Positions 62,804 through 64,000 of a stretch of DNA of 64,000 bases are shown one piece after another. A model generated the notes under the pieces. The model made no database searches. It saw nothing but the letters and a program-made list of their open reading frames with translations, and was not told the DNA's origin. The stretch covers positions 86,304,001-86,368,000 of the forward strand of contig OZ024743.1 in assembly GCA_964016885.1 (NCBI GenBank), read 5' to 3'. The number at the start of each line of letters is the position of its first letter. Within the stretch, counting starts at the first letter, position 1. A program made the translations under genes and the position numbers. This DNA comes from Eledone cirrhosa (taxonomy: Eukaryota).

Positions 62804-63006
62804 TCCTTTGTCAGTGTTGAACAAACGAGCAACGATGGTTGCTGGACACTACGGCTTAATACGGGATGTTTGTTTACAAACACACCGAGCATTATAATAA
62901 ATGTTCGGTGAATCCATACGTACATATATATATGTGTGCATGTATGTATATATATATATACATACTACTGTACATCTGTATACATATATGTATGTACGTG
63001 TACATA

Positions 63007-63037
<31 letters not shown>

Positions 63038-63039
<2 letters not shown>

Positions 63040-63150
63040 TCGCTGAATGGTTAGAGAAATGGATTCGCAATCGTGAAGTTGTGAGTTCGATTCCTGGACC
63101 GGGCGATGCGTTATGTCCTTGGATAAGACACTTTATTCAGGTTGCTCCTT
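63038..63150 (+). mobile_element. tRNA-derived SINE head, second family
   Basis: A-box-like TCGCTGAATGG, B-box GAGTTCGATTCC, then TGTCCTTGGATAAGACACTT conserved-domain-like motif. Confidence 0.7.
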
Positions 63151-63486
63151 CTACCTGGATTTGCGACCGATAGAGAGTAGTAGCAATTAGAAAGACCAAT
63201 GGAAACATTGTTTCCTCGGTCCGATTTGGCGATTTGTGTGTGTAGTTCATTGTTTTACGATCGTTTGAGAGGATTGATTGATAATGGTAGATCGATATAT
63301 TATCTAGTCGGTATTGATTATGTCACTACCTATTTCTAGTCTCGAAATCCCTGATCCTTCAACCCATCCTCCTCAGAAACTCTCCATTTTTTTAGGGAAA
63401 CTTATGCGACGACGAGAGCCTACTACAAAAACTGTAGCTTCCACGTCTTGTTGAAGCCATCTGTTCAAGTCTGCATTGAGTTCTAA

Positions 63487-63675
63487 TAACTGTTTCTACT
63501 TTTTGGCACAAGGCCAGCAATTACCCAGTGCATTACTGGTACTTTATTTTATCGACCCCGTAAGGATGAAAGGTAAAGTTGACCTCGGCGGGATTTGAAC
63601 TCAGATCATAAAGGGACGTAACTATGCTAGAAAGCATGGCGTCTGACCCTCTACCGATACTGCCAATTCACTGTC
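63487..63675 (-). mobile_element. tRNA-derived SINE (Nin-like domain)
   Basis: Homologous to 42037-42229. Confidence 0.87.
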
Positions 63676-63731
63676 CTTGAGTTCTAATAACGTTATCAGC
63701 CCCACCATTAGCATGTGGATACCAGTATATA

Positions 63732-63831
63732 CAGGGTGTCCCCCAAAGATGTATACACACTTCAACAGCATTCTAATAAATATTGTTTGCACAGGTAATC
63801 AAAGTGTGTATATACTTTTTGGGGACACCTG
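63732..63831. mobile_element. 100-bp Tc1/mariner-type MITE
   Basis: TIRs CAGGGTGTCCCC.AAA..GTATACACACTT and imperfect rc; TA flanks. Confidence 0.8.
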
Positions 63832-64000
63832 TATATATATGTGAACAAATAACAATCACCGAGGTTCAACTCATGTAACCTACCTTATATATTTTTTTGG
63901 ATTAACTCCCTTTCCCTTCTCCCCTTCTCTCTCTATCCCTTTTACTCACACCCTCGGTCTTCTACCCCCTCTCACTTCCGATTTCTCCGTCTTTCTCTCC

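Overview
Gene-free, repeat-saturated eukaryotic DNA. The SINE types and (TA)n richness suggest a coleoid cephalopod such as octopus; this is inference. No host protein-coding gene could be supported. The window falls into zones. At 1.5-24 kb, four head-to-tail L1/Tx1-like two-ORF LINEs (minus strand) and two R4/Dong-like RLE LINEs (plus strand) all sit in (TAA)n tracts. At 24-30 kb are RTE remnants, bipartite non-autonomous RTE derivatives in (CATA)n/(TA)n, and a PHD-bearing CRE-like 5' fragment. At 30-35.4 kb are simple repeats and a 72-102 bp minisatellite. At 36-64 kb is a (TA)n zone with three Penelope-like elements (PLEs), many non-coding foldbacks and several DNA-transposon MITEs. By eye I found about 20 type-I hammerhead ribozyme (HHR) motifs (intact, variant or degenerate) from about a dozen sequence families, all but one in this last zone. 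In inverted pairs they nearly always point outward toward the flanks. The main candidates for novelty are (i) this HHR-bearing foldback/retrozyme-like system with variant catalytic cores, and (ii) a TAA-targeting Tx1-like family with swapped ORF1 modules and a frame-independent GGTAAGT motif at the ORF1 stop. Coordinates were read by eye and may be off by a few bases.
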